Positions 47,867-57,467 of a stretch of DNA of 64,000 bases are shown here, piece after piece. This stretch comes from a virus. Its lineage: Duplodnaviria; Heunggongvirae; Uroviricota; Caudoviricetes. The stretch's first letter is position 1; each line of letters starts with the position of its first letter. The stretch is taken from IMG/VR virus record IMGVR_UViG_3300033489_000001, positions 286,023-350,022 of that record; one strand, 5' to 3'. The notes beneath the pieces are model-generated. The model was not told the origin of the DNA and did not search any database. It was given only the letters and a program-made list of their open reading frames with translations. Position numbers and translations under genes: made by a program.

Positions 47867-48300
47867 GTGCCTACTTTTCGCGAGATAAATGCTATAAACA
47901 TATTTGGTAGACTTGTTACGGTTTTAGAGATTCTAGATGATAATCATCAACCGGTTGGTGACGCTGAATTGAGCTTTGACGACTCAAAAATTGCTGTACT
48001 TGAAGATTTTTATATACGCCGGGCTCATCGTGGAAAACCCCATAATTACGGCAGAGCACTTCTAAAGGAGATCCTCGGGAGGGTTCAACGTCAAGGGGCA
48101 ACTATTTTACGTTGTCATCCCCGCACTTATGAACGGCGTTATGATGAACGGCGTGGTGCCCCCAAATTTTTAATTGTACTAAGAAAATGCCAGAAGCTAA
48201 ATTAATAGAATGGTATGCATCTCAAGGTTTCAGAGAAATTGATCAGGACTCAGATGAATTTCAGCAACATTGTTTAAGACTCTGCATAGCGTTAAGATGA
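47867..48300 (+). pseudogene. frameshifted GNAT acetyltransferase, paralog of 49163..49600
   Basis: GTG start (MPTF...ILDDNHQPVGDAELS...RAHRG..YG..LL); C-terminus PEAKLIEWYASQGF lies in another frame. Confidence 0.75.
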
Positions 48301-48314
48301 TGAGAGCAACTTAG

Positions 48315-48833
48315 TTACGCAACCATTTTTCCAGTAAAGAACTCGAATTTGGTTGGTAACTGTCTAATACAATCATTAAAATCATTAGTAGCGAACGTCG
48401 CCCGTTCTAAACACGGCTCTAGAGGAACGTTTGAACAACCTAAACCCATATCCCCCATCTGCCGTTGAAACCACCCATAGAAGCGCAAACCTTCTAAAAT
48501 ACCAAGCTTGTCAGCATACTTGGTCAGCCTCTTCATTTGATCCTCAATAGGGGCACACCAACCCTTCAATCTCTCTGGACCATCTGGGGTTTTTTCAAAC
48601 CCATCGAATTTAAACATGGGGAAATTGAACTCAGTTTTAGTTGGCGTCTCTATTAATTTTATTTCATTATTGGTGAAGCCTGAGGCCAAAACCAAGCCGA
48701 TCTCTGTGGCCTTAAAAAATGGGCGGCCATCACGTATCCACCGCCAACTTATTGGGATAGTATCAATAGTTGAAATTGCCTTAATCGTGTAAGTTTCAGG
48801 TTCTGCTTTAATTGGATTTGAACTTTGTTGCAT
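48315..48833 (-). CDS. hypothetical protein, paralog of 49578..50111
   Basis: Shared IPISW.W...G.P.F.ATE..LVLASG...NEIKLIE...LRFYG.F.R.MG.M.LGCSN.PL. Confidence 0.8.
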   Translation of the reverse strand: MQQSSNPIKAEPETYTIKAISTIDTIPISWRWIRDGRPFFKATEIGLVLASGFTNNEIKLIETPTKTEFNFPMFKFDGFEKTPDGPERLKGWCAPIEDQMKRLTKYADKLGILEGLRFYGWFQRQMGDMGLGCSNVPLEPCLERATFATNDFNDCIRQLPTKFEFFTGKMVA

Positions 48834-48900
48834 AGATGCCTCTTACACCAGCAAACATAGAAAAAGATCCTCTCGGTATTCATTCCGTGTACTCGACCGG

Positions 48901-49080
48901 TGAAAAGAACTAGAGGGAGGTTTTAGCTCCCTCTAGAAAATACCAAGGAGAGTTGACCCCCATCGTAGTCCAGTTTCAATTACAGAGGGATTTTTTTAGC
49001 TCCCTCTAGCCTTGCGAATTTGTCGTGCATTAGCATCGCCGTAGTGTTTCAATTACAGAAGGAGTTCTAGTTCCCTCTAC
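48901..49080 (-). CRISPR. CRISPR mini-array: 3 repeats, 2 spacers of 36 nt, no cas genes nearby
   Basis: Repeats 49046-49080 and 48973-49009 (minus strand ...CTGTAATTGAAAC) and a degenerate trailer ending 48936; spacers 49010-49045 and 48937-48972. Confidence 0.85.
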
Positions 49081-49128
49081 AGAGAGCTTACTTTTTAATT
49101 GCAACAACGGCAACAACTTAAATGATGA

Positions 49129-49156
49129 TTGACCTAAAATTATTAGGCTTTACATT
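49129..49156 (+). promoter_or_regulatory. sigma70-like promoter, probably leaderless
   Basis: TTGACC-16 nt-TACATT, 6 nt before ATG 49163. Confidence 0.5.
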
Positions 49157-49162
49157 TGGCCT

Positions 49163-49600
49163 ATGCCTTCTTTCCTTATAGAAGAGGTAAAAAAATCTGG
49201 TAGGCTTGTTGCTAGCATAAAAATCCTGGATGATAACCACCAACCAGTGGGCAATGCGGAATTGAGTCTTATCAACCCAAATACTGCCAGGCTTGATGAT
49301 ATTTACATATACCGGGCTCATCGCGGAAATAGCTATGGCGTTGAACTTCTAAAGAAGACTCTTGAAGAAGCAAGACGGCAGGGAGCTACTATTTTACGTT
49401 GTCACCCAAGCCCCTACGAATATGGACCTAATGAGTTGAAGGATAAAAGAACACTCCCTAGTCGCACGCCACAAGCCAAGTTAATAACGTGGTACGTGGC
49501 TCAAGGATTTAAAGAGCTTAACCTTAAACTAGAACAAGATCGTGATGAATTTGAACGATATTCTTGCAAACTTTACATTATGCTGAACTCGACCACTTGA
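49163..49600 (+). CDS. GNAT family N-acetyltransferase
   Basis: LDDIYIYRAHRGNSYGVELL motif A; WY...GF motif B. Confidence 0.85.
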   Translation: MPSFLIEEVKKSGRLVASIKILDDNHQPVGNAELSLINPNTARLDDIYIYRAHRGNSYGVELLKKTLEEARRQGATILRCHPSPYEYGPNELKDKRTLPSRTPQAKLITWYVAQGFKELNLKLEQDRDEFERYSCKLYIMLNSTT

Positions 49601-50111
49601 AGCTTTTTGGCAGCTTTTCTACAAACTCAAATGAGTCAAAGGTGAGCGGATTGGAACCTAAAGGAATATTTGAACAGCCTAAACTCATAAGCCCCATATG
49701 ACGCGCAAAAACCCCGTAAAACCGTAAACTTTCAAACATACCCAACCTAATTGCATATTGCACTAAGGTTTTCACCCGATCCTCAATAGCGTGCCAGGCT
49801 TCGGATTCTTCTATATCTGCTTTGGGTAACCAGGTTCCAGATTTCTCCACGCCCTCCTTAAATAATTCCGTTTCAAACATAGAGAGTCTAACCTCTTTTT
49901 GGACTTGGCCTTCGATTAGTTTTATTTCGTTACTAGCATATCCTGAAGCCAAAACGAGGTTATTTTCTGTCGCGCTAAAGACAGGAAAACCATTGGTCAT
50001 CCACCACCAACTTATTGGGATAATTATAGGGTCAGGAATGACATTTAGATATTCACTCATAGAGGCAAGAGAAACAGATCCCTTAGAATAAAGTTCTGTG
50101 TTCGTATCCAT
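49578..50111 (-). CDS. hypothetical protein, paralog of 48315..48833
   Basis: Likely start ATG 50111, right after the upstream stop. Confidence 0.8.
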   Translation of the reverse strand: MDTNTELYSKGSVSLASMSEYLNVIPDPIIIPISWWWMTNGFPVFSATENNLVLASGYASNEIKLIEGQVQKEVRLSMFETELFKEGVEKSGTWLPKADIEESEAWHAIEDRVKTLVQYAIRLGMFESLRFYGVFARHMGLMSLGCSNIPLGSNPLTFDSFEFVEKLPKSFKWSSSA

Positions 50112-50112
50112 T

Positions 50113-53100
50113 TTAGCTTCTCTTAGACAACGTAATAGTTGAAGGATCAATAGTTAGGCGAACGTTGTTTCTAACAAGTGGGTGGCCCTCTATTCTAGCT
50201 AGATCAGCGGCAGAGTAACCTTCATTCTTTCCGTTCGTCCCTATGGCTATATCCCCTGGAATCGGGGTTCCAACGGTAGGACGAACTACGTTGGTTATGA
50301 CTAGCATCATCAACTCATCCCCCGCAGAGACTTCAGTAGCGCCTACATTCGTTGGAGCGTTTCTAACAAGCATGGCTCTACCCATTAGAACGTTGGTGTG
50401 ATTATCAGAAGGTAGAAGGGACTGGCCTTGAAGTGAAATTTCGCCGCCTGGATGGGGTCCATTTCCAACAAAAACAGAACCGCCTCTGTTCACTCTGAAA
50501 TTAGTTAGAAGTGAGTAATTTCCTTGTTCACCATCAACATGAACAAGCACGTCTCCAGGGGAAACAACACCAGAGGATGCCGTGTCCAAAGGCATCTCAT
50601 CTTGTTCCATGTGGTTGACAGCTAAGCCCGTGGAATGGCCTGCCGCAACGTCGTTTGAAAACACTAACGGCGATTGAGTGATCCCAAATAGTTGACCTTT
50701 AAGATCTGAATCGCGAAAAAGTGCTCCCAAGGGAAGGACATCGCTTCCATGATATTCTGTTCCAATATCCGTTAGATTATAAGAGGAGAAAGTGTTTGGC
50801 AAAGACAACGGACGATCATCGTAACTATGAGCGGGCGGATAATTAGTTGGGTCCGCGAAAGCTACGTCCATAAAATGTAGTGGAGAAATAGAACCATCAC
50901 CCGCAAACCGACCAGTGCCTAATGTAGTTGCGAAAGAAGTAGAGGCTAAAACCTCTACCACTTTTTGGTTAGGTCGAGTAAGTGCAGCTTGATTCAATTG
51001 CGTATGAGAAAGTTGATATGCATCGCCGGATAGAAGAGGACCGGGTTTATAACCAGTATCTGCGTAGGATGTCTGTGAGCCCCAAGCATCGCCTTGATAC
51101 GAACTACGACTATGATTAATTACTACCTGGTCAGAGGATTGAGCCGGGCCGGGAAGAACAGCGGAAGGACCGGCTACGTACTTGTTGATGTTGTTATGAC
51201 GCCCGGTAATGGAAGTTTGATCTACCGGGCCGCCTTTAACCGATGACCAACTGTTTGAAAGAACACCCGATGGTTGCGTCATTACCAATCGGGCTTCTGA
51301 GTTAAGGTCAAACGTTCCACGATCAAAACCGAAGATAGAAGCTTCAATCACATAATTTCCTGACGCAAAAGAAGCTATTGGATTTGGAGAACGAGCAATA
51401 TCAATAGCATTTGCGTTTAGAATAAATGTGGAGTCCCCATCATCATCAATTTCTATCCACATAACTGGACCGTCTGATTGAGTCATGTTCTGGCGCAAGA
51501 GATTCGTGGCCCCTCCAGTAATAGGTGCTCTTGTACCTGCATCAAAAGCTGACCCTCCGTTTGGACCGGATGTAGTAAAGTAATTGGTAGCTTCATATAC
51601 AGCGAATAAACGAGCAACTCCGTAGAAAGGTGGTAATTCTAACCCTTGTCGGCCAAGACTTCTGGTGTCCGTGAAGAAACGCATCCCTGCATAATTATTA
51701 CTGTATATTGTTAGGGCCGCATTGTAAATCGCCGGTAGTGCCGTGGTGGGATCTATAGTTGTAAAAGCCGCGTAGGTACGAACCGAGCTTGGATTGTAAT
51801 TTACATAATTCTTGTCAGCGTCTCCGTAACTACTCCCACTTTTACTATCGGTAACAAAATTGATGCCTTGTGAAAAGACGGAACCAACGTCATTGGGTAG
51901 AATAGGAAGACGCAATTCGCCCCAACCGGGCACTAGATGGCGTGGAAGACTTACGTAGATACTACTATAAGCATCATTAGAAGCAGTTGTGCCACAGAAT
52001 AAACCCAGAGGATCGGTGGTTGTCCATTTAGCAGTAGTGCCATCTCGTTCATTAAGGGGCATCACACCCTGTGCTTGGTGTACCGCAAAAGTGACCGAAG
52101 TACTACCTTTAGCCTTAATCGGACGATCAACAGTAATTGAGGTAGAAGGTGTGATGCCAATAACAGTGTATCGACCAGCTCCAGGACCACTGGTAATAAC
52201 TACAGCGTCTCGTAATGCCGTAGTCCCTACACTCCCCACCGTTATAACAGGGGAGTTATCTGTACCTATAGTACCCGTCGTGGGGGCTCCAGCCTTAACC
52301 GCCGTGTAGGGATTAGCTGCCATCCCATCTATAGTAAGTAAACCGATTCCTGCATCATTGGGGAAATTGATTCTACGGAAAGGCGTCAATATGATAGATT
52401 TACTTCCGAGATCCGCATAAACCTCAGAGGTTACTGGGAGTAAATTATTAAAAGCGGCGCTTCTAAATTTGCTCCACAAAGGAGCCCAACTCACTCGTGA
52501 ACCTTGGTTGCTAGAAGGAATCCCTGATTGTTGGACAAGTAACTCGGCTGAAGGATTGATATAAGAAACTGAGTGAAGTGAATTCGGCCGCCTTGATAAC
52601 CCACGCCCCGCCCCATAAACTGCATGAAGTGTGATGTGAAGGATAGTTGGGGTCGCAGTCAAAGAGGTTTGCGTTGGGAAAGTGCCGCCGAAAGTAATGA
52701 CCAAATCATCTGATGGGGTTGGAACCGCCGGAGTCACTGTATACATTGTGGGAGGGATGGGGTCGGTCTCCCCGTCAAACCTAAGACTTACCGCACCAAC
52801 CACACTATCATTTAACCACCTTACTTGGTCAGTATCGCCTCCAGGAAGTCCATGCTGCAAATTCGAAACTGGGACGGAAATCACGTCACCACTTGCAAAG
52901 ACATCCCCAGTCACTTGGTTCGTCGTCTTAACCGTGAACCCTAAGCTCCATCCCACATTTATATCAGCCGTCCCCGGAGGGGTAACTGTAGAGCCATGTG
53001 GTTTTACAATGCACTCAATTGGCTGCACCACAGCGGCATCAGAGAACACCATACGGATGTTGTCAGGAGCGTCAAGCTTAGTCACCCCAAGGGCTACGGC

Positions 53101-54480
53101 GGACGCCGTGATGGCGTCTTGATAGATCACATAGGGGCCTTGAGGACCGGCTCCTGAGCGCTTCCAGTTAGCCCTTAGCTGCCCTTTTAGAAGCTTGTCT
53201 AGATTGCCCTTGAGAAGGGCATCGTAGTCAAAACCGTTAGGATTGACTACATGTCGCAAATCTAAGATGTCTGTCAAGGCAATCTGATCGGAGAAAAGCC
53301 CGTCAGGACGCCCTGACATGACCTTGACTATTGATCCTGCTTTGTGAAGCTCAGCCCTGGTTCCGTTTTGACCTCGAGCAGCAATGTTGAGAGTTGAGCC
53401 CGTGATTGATGAATAGGTCATCAACTCATCACCGATCTGAATTAGAACGGGAGTGGCCGGGTTGACCGGTAAGGGGATGTTAGCCACGGAAGTTAGCGCT
53501 ATGGACGTGGCCGAAGCGGACATGTCAGCAGCGAGAGTTGGAACTGTAGAAAAAGTCGCAATCCCCGTGCGATCTACAGCGGTGGGATTGCGATTGAACC
53601 CTCCGTTGAGATTCTGAGACGGAGATCCATTCCACGAAACGGAATTGCGGCGGAAAATAGCGGCAATGGGAATGGCGTAAACATAGCCATCAACCGTGCC
53701 AAGAGCGTTTTGAGTCCCATCTCCTGCCCGCCATAAGCCCGCATCACCGAGCACCTGTCTCATATTTGTGAAAGTGTAAGAAGTTGGAGCAGTGGCAGCG
53801 CCTTGAGCTTTAACAACTACGGGATCAAAACCGTCAGGATTTGAAGTCAAGCCTATCAAACCCTTTACAACACGTATCCGGTATTGAATTTGGGTGCGTT
53901 GACTTGTCTCAAAGCCTATAGCCGGATCGATCAAATCATCAGAAAGGAAGGCGAAGCCACCTTCAACGTTACCTAATTTCCAAATGCCGCTAGCCGCTGG
54001 CTTATTTGTGGTTGAAGGGTTAGGTTGAATTCGAGCTTTCCACACTTCAAGATAAGCAAAGTCGATTCTGAAATCTCCACTGGCCGAAGGCGGTGGATCT
54101 AGCGCAACAACGTTGGTTGTCTCGGTTGAAGGCGTGCCCGGCGGATTACCCGTTCTTGTCCCCGCAACGGGTATAAGATTTCCACCCACGTTTGCAAAAA
54201 CCACTGAGTTTTGCTCGCCCGTACGATGAGGACCGAACTTGAAATAGTTAGAATATGAGGGGTCAGTGGCGAAGATAGCTTGAAGGTTCGTCTCATTACC
54301 AAGCCATCCCGAAGGCATTCCTCGAAGGTTCGCCGATTTAATGGCACCAGCAGCGATACTATCCTTTAGATTCAATTCAGCATCGCATAACGGCTTCCCC
54401 TCTTCCGAAATTATATTCTCGAATTGGGTGCTTGTAGCATCAAGGACTCGTGATACCTCAGTACCAAAATATTCGCTCAT
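50113..54480 (-). CDS. large virion structural (baseplate/tail-associated) protein
   Basis: 1455 aa, G/T/S/P-rich; N-terminal ~450 aa paralogous to 60578..63166 (GKP..D.EL, LEVW, QYR.RV, GLW.AGDG...LGTVDGY, RPDGLF.D). Confidence 0.75.
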   Translation of the reverse strand: MSEYFGTEVSRVLDATSTQFENIISEEGKPLCDAELNLKDSIAAGAIKSANLRGMPSGWLGNETNLQAIFATDPSYSNYFKFGPHRTGEQNSVVFANVGGNLIPVAGTRTGNPPGTPSTETTNVVALDPPPSASGDFRIDFAYLEVWKARIQPNPSTTNKPAASGIWKLGNVEGGFAFLSDDLIDPAIGFETSQRTQIQYRIRVVKGLIGLTSNPDGFDPVVVKAQGAATAPTSYTFTNMRQVLGDAGLWRAGDGTQNALGTVDGYVYAIPIAAIFRRNSVSWNGSPSQNLNGGFNRNPTAVDRTGIATFSTVPTLAADMSASATSIALTSVANIPLPVNPATPVLIQIGDELMTYSSITGSTLNIAARGQNGTRAELHKAGSIVKVMSGRPDGLFSDQIALTDILDLRHVVNPNGFDYDALLKGNLDKLLKGQLRANWKRSGAGPQGPYVIYQDAITASAVALGVTKLDAPDNIRMVFSDAAVVQPIECIVKPHGSTVTPPGTADINVGWSLGFTVKTTNQVTGDVFASGDVISVPVSNLQHGLPGGDTDQVRWLNDSVVGAVSLRFDGETDPIPPTMYTVTPAVPTPSDDLVITFGGTFPTQTSLTATPTILHITLHAVYGAGRGLSRRPNSLHSVSYINPSAELLVQQSGIPSSNQGSRVSWAPLWSKFRSAAFNNLLPVTSEVYADLGSKSIILTPFRRINFPNDAGIGLLTIDGMAANPYTAVKAGAPTTGTIGTDNSPVITVGSVGTTALRDAVVITSGPGAGRYTVIGITPSTSITVDRPIKAKGSTSVTFAVHQAQGVMPLNERDGTTAKWTTTDPLGLFCGTTASNDAYSSIYVSLPRHLVPGWGELRLPILPNDVGSVFSQGINFVTDSKSGSSYGDADKNYVNYNPSSVRTYAAFTTIDPTTALPAIYNAALTIYSNNYAGMRFFTDTRSLGRQGLELPPFYGVARLFAVYEATNYFTTSGPNGGSAFDAGTRAPITGGATNLLRQNMTQSDGPVMWIEIDDDGDSTFILNANAIDIARSPNPIASFASGNYVIEASIFGFDRGTFDLNSEARLVMTQPSGVLSNSWSSVKGGPVDQTSITGRHNNINKYVAGPSAVLPGPAQSSDQVVINHSRSSYQGDAWGSQTSYADTGYKPGPLLSGDAYQLSHTQLNQAALTRPNQKVVEVLASTSFATTLGTGRFAGDGSISPLHFMDVAFADPTNYPPAHSYDDRPLSLPNTFSSYNLTDIGTEYHGSDVLPLGALFRDSDLKGQLFGITQSPLVFSNDVAAGHSTGLAVNHMEQDEMPLDTASSGVVSPGDVLVHVDGEQGNYSLLTNFRVNRGGSVFVGNGPHPGGEISLQGQSLLPSDNHTNVLMGRAMLVRNAPTNVGATEVSAGDELMMLVITNVVRPTVGTPIPGDIAIGTNGKNEGYSAADLARIEGHPLVRNNVRLTIDPSTITLSKRS

Positions 54481-54621
54481 GGTGTCTTCCTCTGATTTAA
54501 TTCAAGGGGCACAATAACCCATCAAAAGGGAAAGTTTATAGAGAGATCCGCGATTTCAAGATTTACACCAAATCTAGCTATTTTGACATCCGAAAAACAC
54601 CATTAACGGTCAATCTCTATT

Positions 54622-54760
54622 GGCATTCGGGACTCAACTTACTAAACTTTCATTCAACAAGTTAAGATTTTGTTCCGATTCTTGCTTCATAGAAGACAGC
54701 CTACTACCACGCCTTGGCCCCTTCGGGGCTTCGGTCTTCTCATGAAGTCATACGTGCATA
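54622..54760 (-). ncRNA. orphan omegaRNA-like / IS607-type right-end relic
   Basis: Stem CTTCATGAGAAGAC...GTCTTCTATGAAG, then GCAAGAA...AAAGTTTAGTAAGTT; resembles the ATGAAGCAGGAA tail at 58.16 kb. Confidence 0.5.
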
Positions 54761-54784
54761 AGGGAGGATTTACAGTTGACGGAA

Positions 54785-55516
54785 CTAATCAGAAATCTTG
54801 AATAAATTCAGATTGAAGTTCTTTACTGTATAATCTGTTGTGTCTGTACTATTCTTACCCGATATCCATAGCCGCTTTCCAACCGTTACAGTAATCAATC
54901 CACCGGCGGACATGGCCGCTAGAGTATTCGTACTATTGCGTTCTGTGACAATATTATCTGTGGGCGTAATTCCGATATTCAACTCCCACTTCCAATCCTT
55001 GTTAACATTTGCCGCTGTACCGTCAATTGTAAACCTTGCAACGTAAATCCCTGCTGCGGTTGAACCGGCTTGTAGATAGGCCGGAGCATAAACCACGCCA
55101 GCGGATGCTCCAGCTCCCGCAACATAAGTCACATCATCGCAGGAGAATTTGGTGGTATCCACATAGGTTACACGAGTAGCTTTATTGTGCCCCGCATTAT
55201 TCATATTAGCGAGCGTTACGATATCTCCAGTGACAAGTCCATGTACTGCCGAACACTCAACTTCAAGAAGACCCCCTACGTTTGCTTCATTAGTTATATC
55301 GGCGTCAACAATCCGTCCAGCGTTAAAAGTCCAATCAAGTAATAAACCTGCTACTATATCGCTAGCAGTACGCAACCCAAAGGCATGGTATACCCCTGCC
55401 GTAACGATGTTGAAAGCTATAGCTTTGTTGTACGCATACATCTCGCCGTAAGCTGGTTTAAGCTTAGAAAATGCGATGCTGGTATCTACTATGCTCTTAG
55501 CTGCCAACTTAGTCAT
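54785..55516 (-). CDS. virion structural protein
   Basis: HGLVTGDIVT (FCCH-like) motif plus beta-rich C-terminus; structural context. Confidence 0.6.
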   Translation of the reverse strand: MTKLAAKSIVDTSIAFSKLKPAYGEMYAYNKAIAFNIVTAGVYHAFGLRTASDIVAGLLLDWTFNAGRIVDADITNEANVGGLLEVECSAVHGLVTGDIVTLANMNNAGHNKATRVTYVDTTKFSCDDVTYVAGAGASAGVVYAPAYLQAGSTAAGIYVARFTIDGTAANVNKDWKWELNIGITPTDNIVTERNSTNTLAAMSAGGLITVTVGKRLWISGKNSTDTTDYTVKNFNLNLFKISD

Positions 55517-55543
55517 CGTTTTATCTTTCCTGAGATCTAAATA

Positions 55544-56317
55544 TTACTTGTAATAGTCGATGATCAGAATATCATCCTCAGCAATTTCTTCTGATAGACC
55601 CGTAGCTACTACGTTAGCGATATGCACGCGATCAAAGTTAGGAGTGATTACATCAAAATCAGGAGTCGCGCCGGTAGCACCAACGCACTGTTTATTTACT
55701 TGCCGAAAGCCTCCAACTACAGTAACCGCTACAGATTGAGCATTAACTGAGGATGCGCTCAATGTAAAATATCCGGCAGTCACCTCTCCAGACGTGACTT
55801 TATGCATCTCTTGGACGTAATCAGAGATGGTTGTGAATTTATCCATCGTGAGATCATCAGTCCCAATGATTCCCGATCCGGTGTTATTTTTACAGTTCCA
55901 CCCGGTATCAGCGTCAGTTCCACGCTCGATAAAAACGACTGCACCGGCAAAGTCCATACCCACGGCCGCGTCATCCGTTCTAACCATTGGAACGGCGGCA
56001 CCTTTCCAAAGGTAAATACCATCTTGCGTTGCTGTGCCTTGCAGGTCACATAAGACACGCTCATCAAGCACCATTGTCTCACCGTCGATAGTCGCTCCAG
56101 GAGCGGCTATTGTGACGCTGGCTTGCGCTCGAACTTGAACAGGAGTTTTCCACTTCCCCGCATCGAGATCAGTTTTTCGCACTGGCTGATCTGGATCGGT
56201 GGGAGCAGCGACTTCAATAGTACAAGCTGAAAAATCATAATCTTGACCTGAAGCAACATTCAGCTTTGCAGCATCAATAGTAGAATCAGAAACGTATTTA
56301 CCATTCAGTTTTGACAT
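55544..56317 (-). CDS. virion structural/fiber protein
   Basis: WKTPVQV...IDG...ERVL...Q..ATQDGIY...R.DDA....FIERGT, a phage fiber domain pattern. Confidence 0.7.
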   Translation of the reverse strand: MSKLNGKYVSDSTIDAAKLNVASGQDYDFSACTIEVAAPTDPDQPVRKTDLDAGKWKTPVQVRAQASVTIAAPGATIDGETMVLDERVLCDLQGTATQDGIYLWKGAAVPMVRTDDAAVGMDFAGAVVFIERGTDADTGWNCKNNTGSGIIGTDDLTMDKFTTISDYVQEMHKVTSGEVTAGYFTLSASSVNAQSVAVTVVGGFRQVNKQCVGATGATPDFDVITPNFDRVHIANVVATGLSEEIAEDDILIIDYYK

Positions 56318-56335
56318 TTTAGTTCATTCCTCTCC

Positions 56336-56815
56336 CTAACAAATCACTTGAACAACATCCCCATCTTCCAAAAGTATGTACAAATCAGTCACAGAAGGAT
56401 TACTTCCCCCACTAAAACTCCCTCCGCCTGGAGCAGTACTCATAGGGTCAATACAGACATAATACCCTGGAGCTGAACCTCCAGTTACAGAACGAATCGT
56501 AAAATCTATTCCATATTGTTGTAGTATTCCGTCAATCGGATGTAAAAGAACGTTAGATAGTGTTAGAGTAGGAATAGTAAGGGGACCTATTACTCCATTT
56601 ATAGTATCTGTATATGTGTACTGTCTAACGCTTAAACCACCGTAAGGGGTTTGCCAGGCATAAGCAGTTGGACTGGTAGCCGTAGGCACTTGACCTACTG
56701 TGGGAGGGGCTGCCGCTGCACCTGAAACCGGGGCTCCGGTAGTAGCCAACTCTACAGCGCCCGTTTGGCCGGGTGCCTGTGGAATTGAACTAAATTGATT
56801 GTAGCGTGTTCCCAT
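56336..56815 (-). CDS. putative structural protein
   Basis: IDGILQ.YG.DF...L..GD.VQV pattern; context. Confidence 0.55.
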   Translation of the reverse strand: MGTRYNQFSSIPQAPGQTGAVELATTGAPVSGAAAAPPTVGQVPTATSPTAYAWQTPYGGLSVRQYTYTDTINGVIGPLTIPTLTLSNVLLHPIDGILQQYGIDFTIRSVTGGSAPGYYVCIDPMSTAPGGGSFSGGSNPSVTDLYILLEDGDVVQVIC

Positions 56816-56817
56816 CT

Positions 56818-57204
56818 TTATTGCTTTTGCACTTTCATAAGGGAGAGGCTTTCTAAGTTCCCACGGTCAACTCTAACTATCTCAAACTTTGAAGCTTGCA
56901 GACCTTCCCTAAGAACTTTGTGAGCTTCTTCAGGAATCCCTGAGCCACACGTATAAAAATCCACAGCAGCATACCCGTGCTCCGGCCAGGTATGAATAGA
57001 GAGATGGGACTCTTCAATAACTACGACTCCACTTACGCCCTGGGGATTAAAAGGATGAAAAACAGACGCAACGATGCGAGTTCTAGCTGCTAAGGCAGCT
57101 TTCTCCATCAGCTCTTTTATTTGAGCCATATCGTCAAGTGTGGCTTGATTGCACCCTATATACTCGACCAAGAGATGTTTGCCGTGCGTGTTCAATTTCC
57201 ACAA
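56818..57204 (-). CDS. speD: S-adenosylmethionine decarboxylase proenzyme
   Basis: GKHLLVE, F.PQGVSGVVVIEESHLSIHTWPE.GYAAVDFYTCG. Confidence 0.93.
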   Translation of the reverse strand: MWKLNTHGKHLLVEYIGCNQATLDDMAQIKELMEKAALAARTRIVASVFHPFNPQGVSGVVVIEESHLSIHTWPEHGYAAVDFYTCGSGIPEEAHKVLREGLQASKFEIVRVDRGNLESLSLMKVQKQ

Positions 57205-57325
57205 AATCTCCTATAAGTAATGTCTATCGGTGGTTCAGATCCCATCTTCTTTAGCATTATAAAATCTTGGCTCTTTATTTTAAATTTGCGTTTAGTGAAT
57301 TTTTGGGTTAATTTATTGTAGCAAG

Positions 57326-57467
57326 TCCTTTTTAAGGTTTTGAATTCTTTGAGAAAAGGTAAGCGGTTCTAAGAGATAGTCTTCTTTTAGGTAAAACCTG
57401 AAAAGCAAAAGGATTGACTGCCTAGGGAGGACTCTAAGTTCCTCCTGTAATTGAAACTAATTGAAAC
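57326..57467 (+). CRISPR. leader plus solitary CRISPR-like repeat with duplicated 3' end
   Basis: CTAGGGAGGACTCTAAGTTCCTCCTGTAATTGAAAC (57422-57457) then TAATTGAAAC; leader 57363-57408 is 38/46 identical to 38901-38946. Confidence 0.7.

Noticed and set aside
48121-48190. Programmed -1 frameshift in the first GNAT
   Set aside because: No in-frame canonical X XXY YYZ heptamer, and the local 15-nt-period duplication preserves frame; treated as a pseudogene or sequencing error
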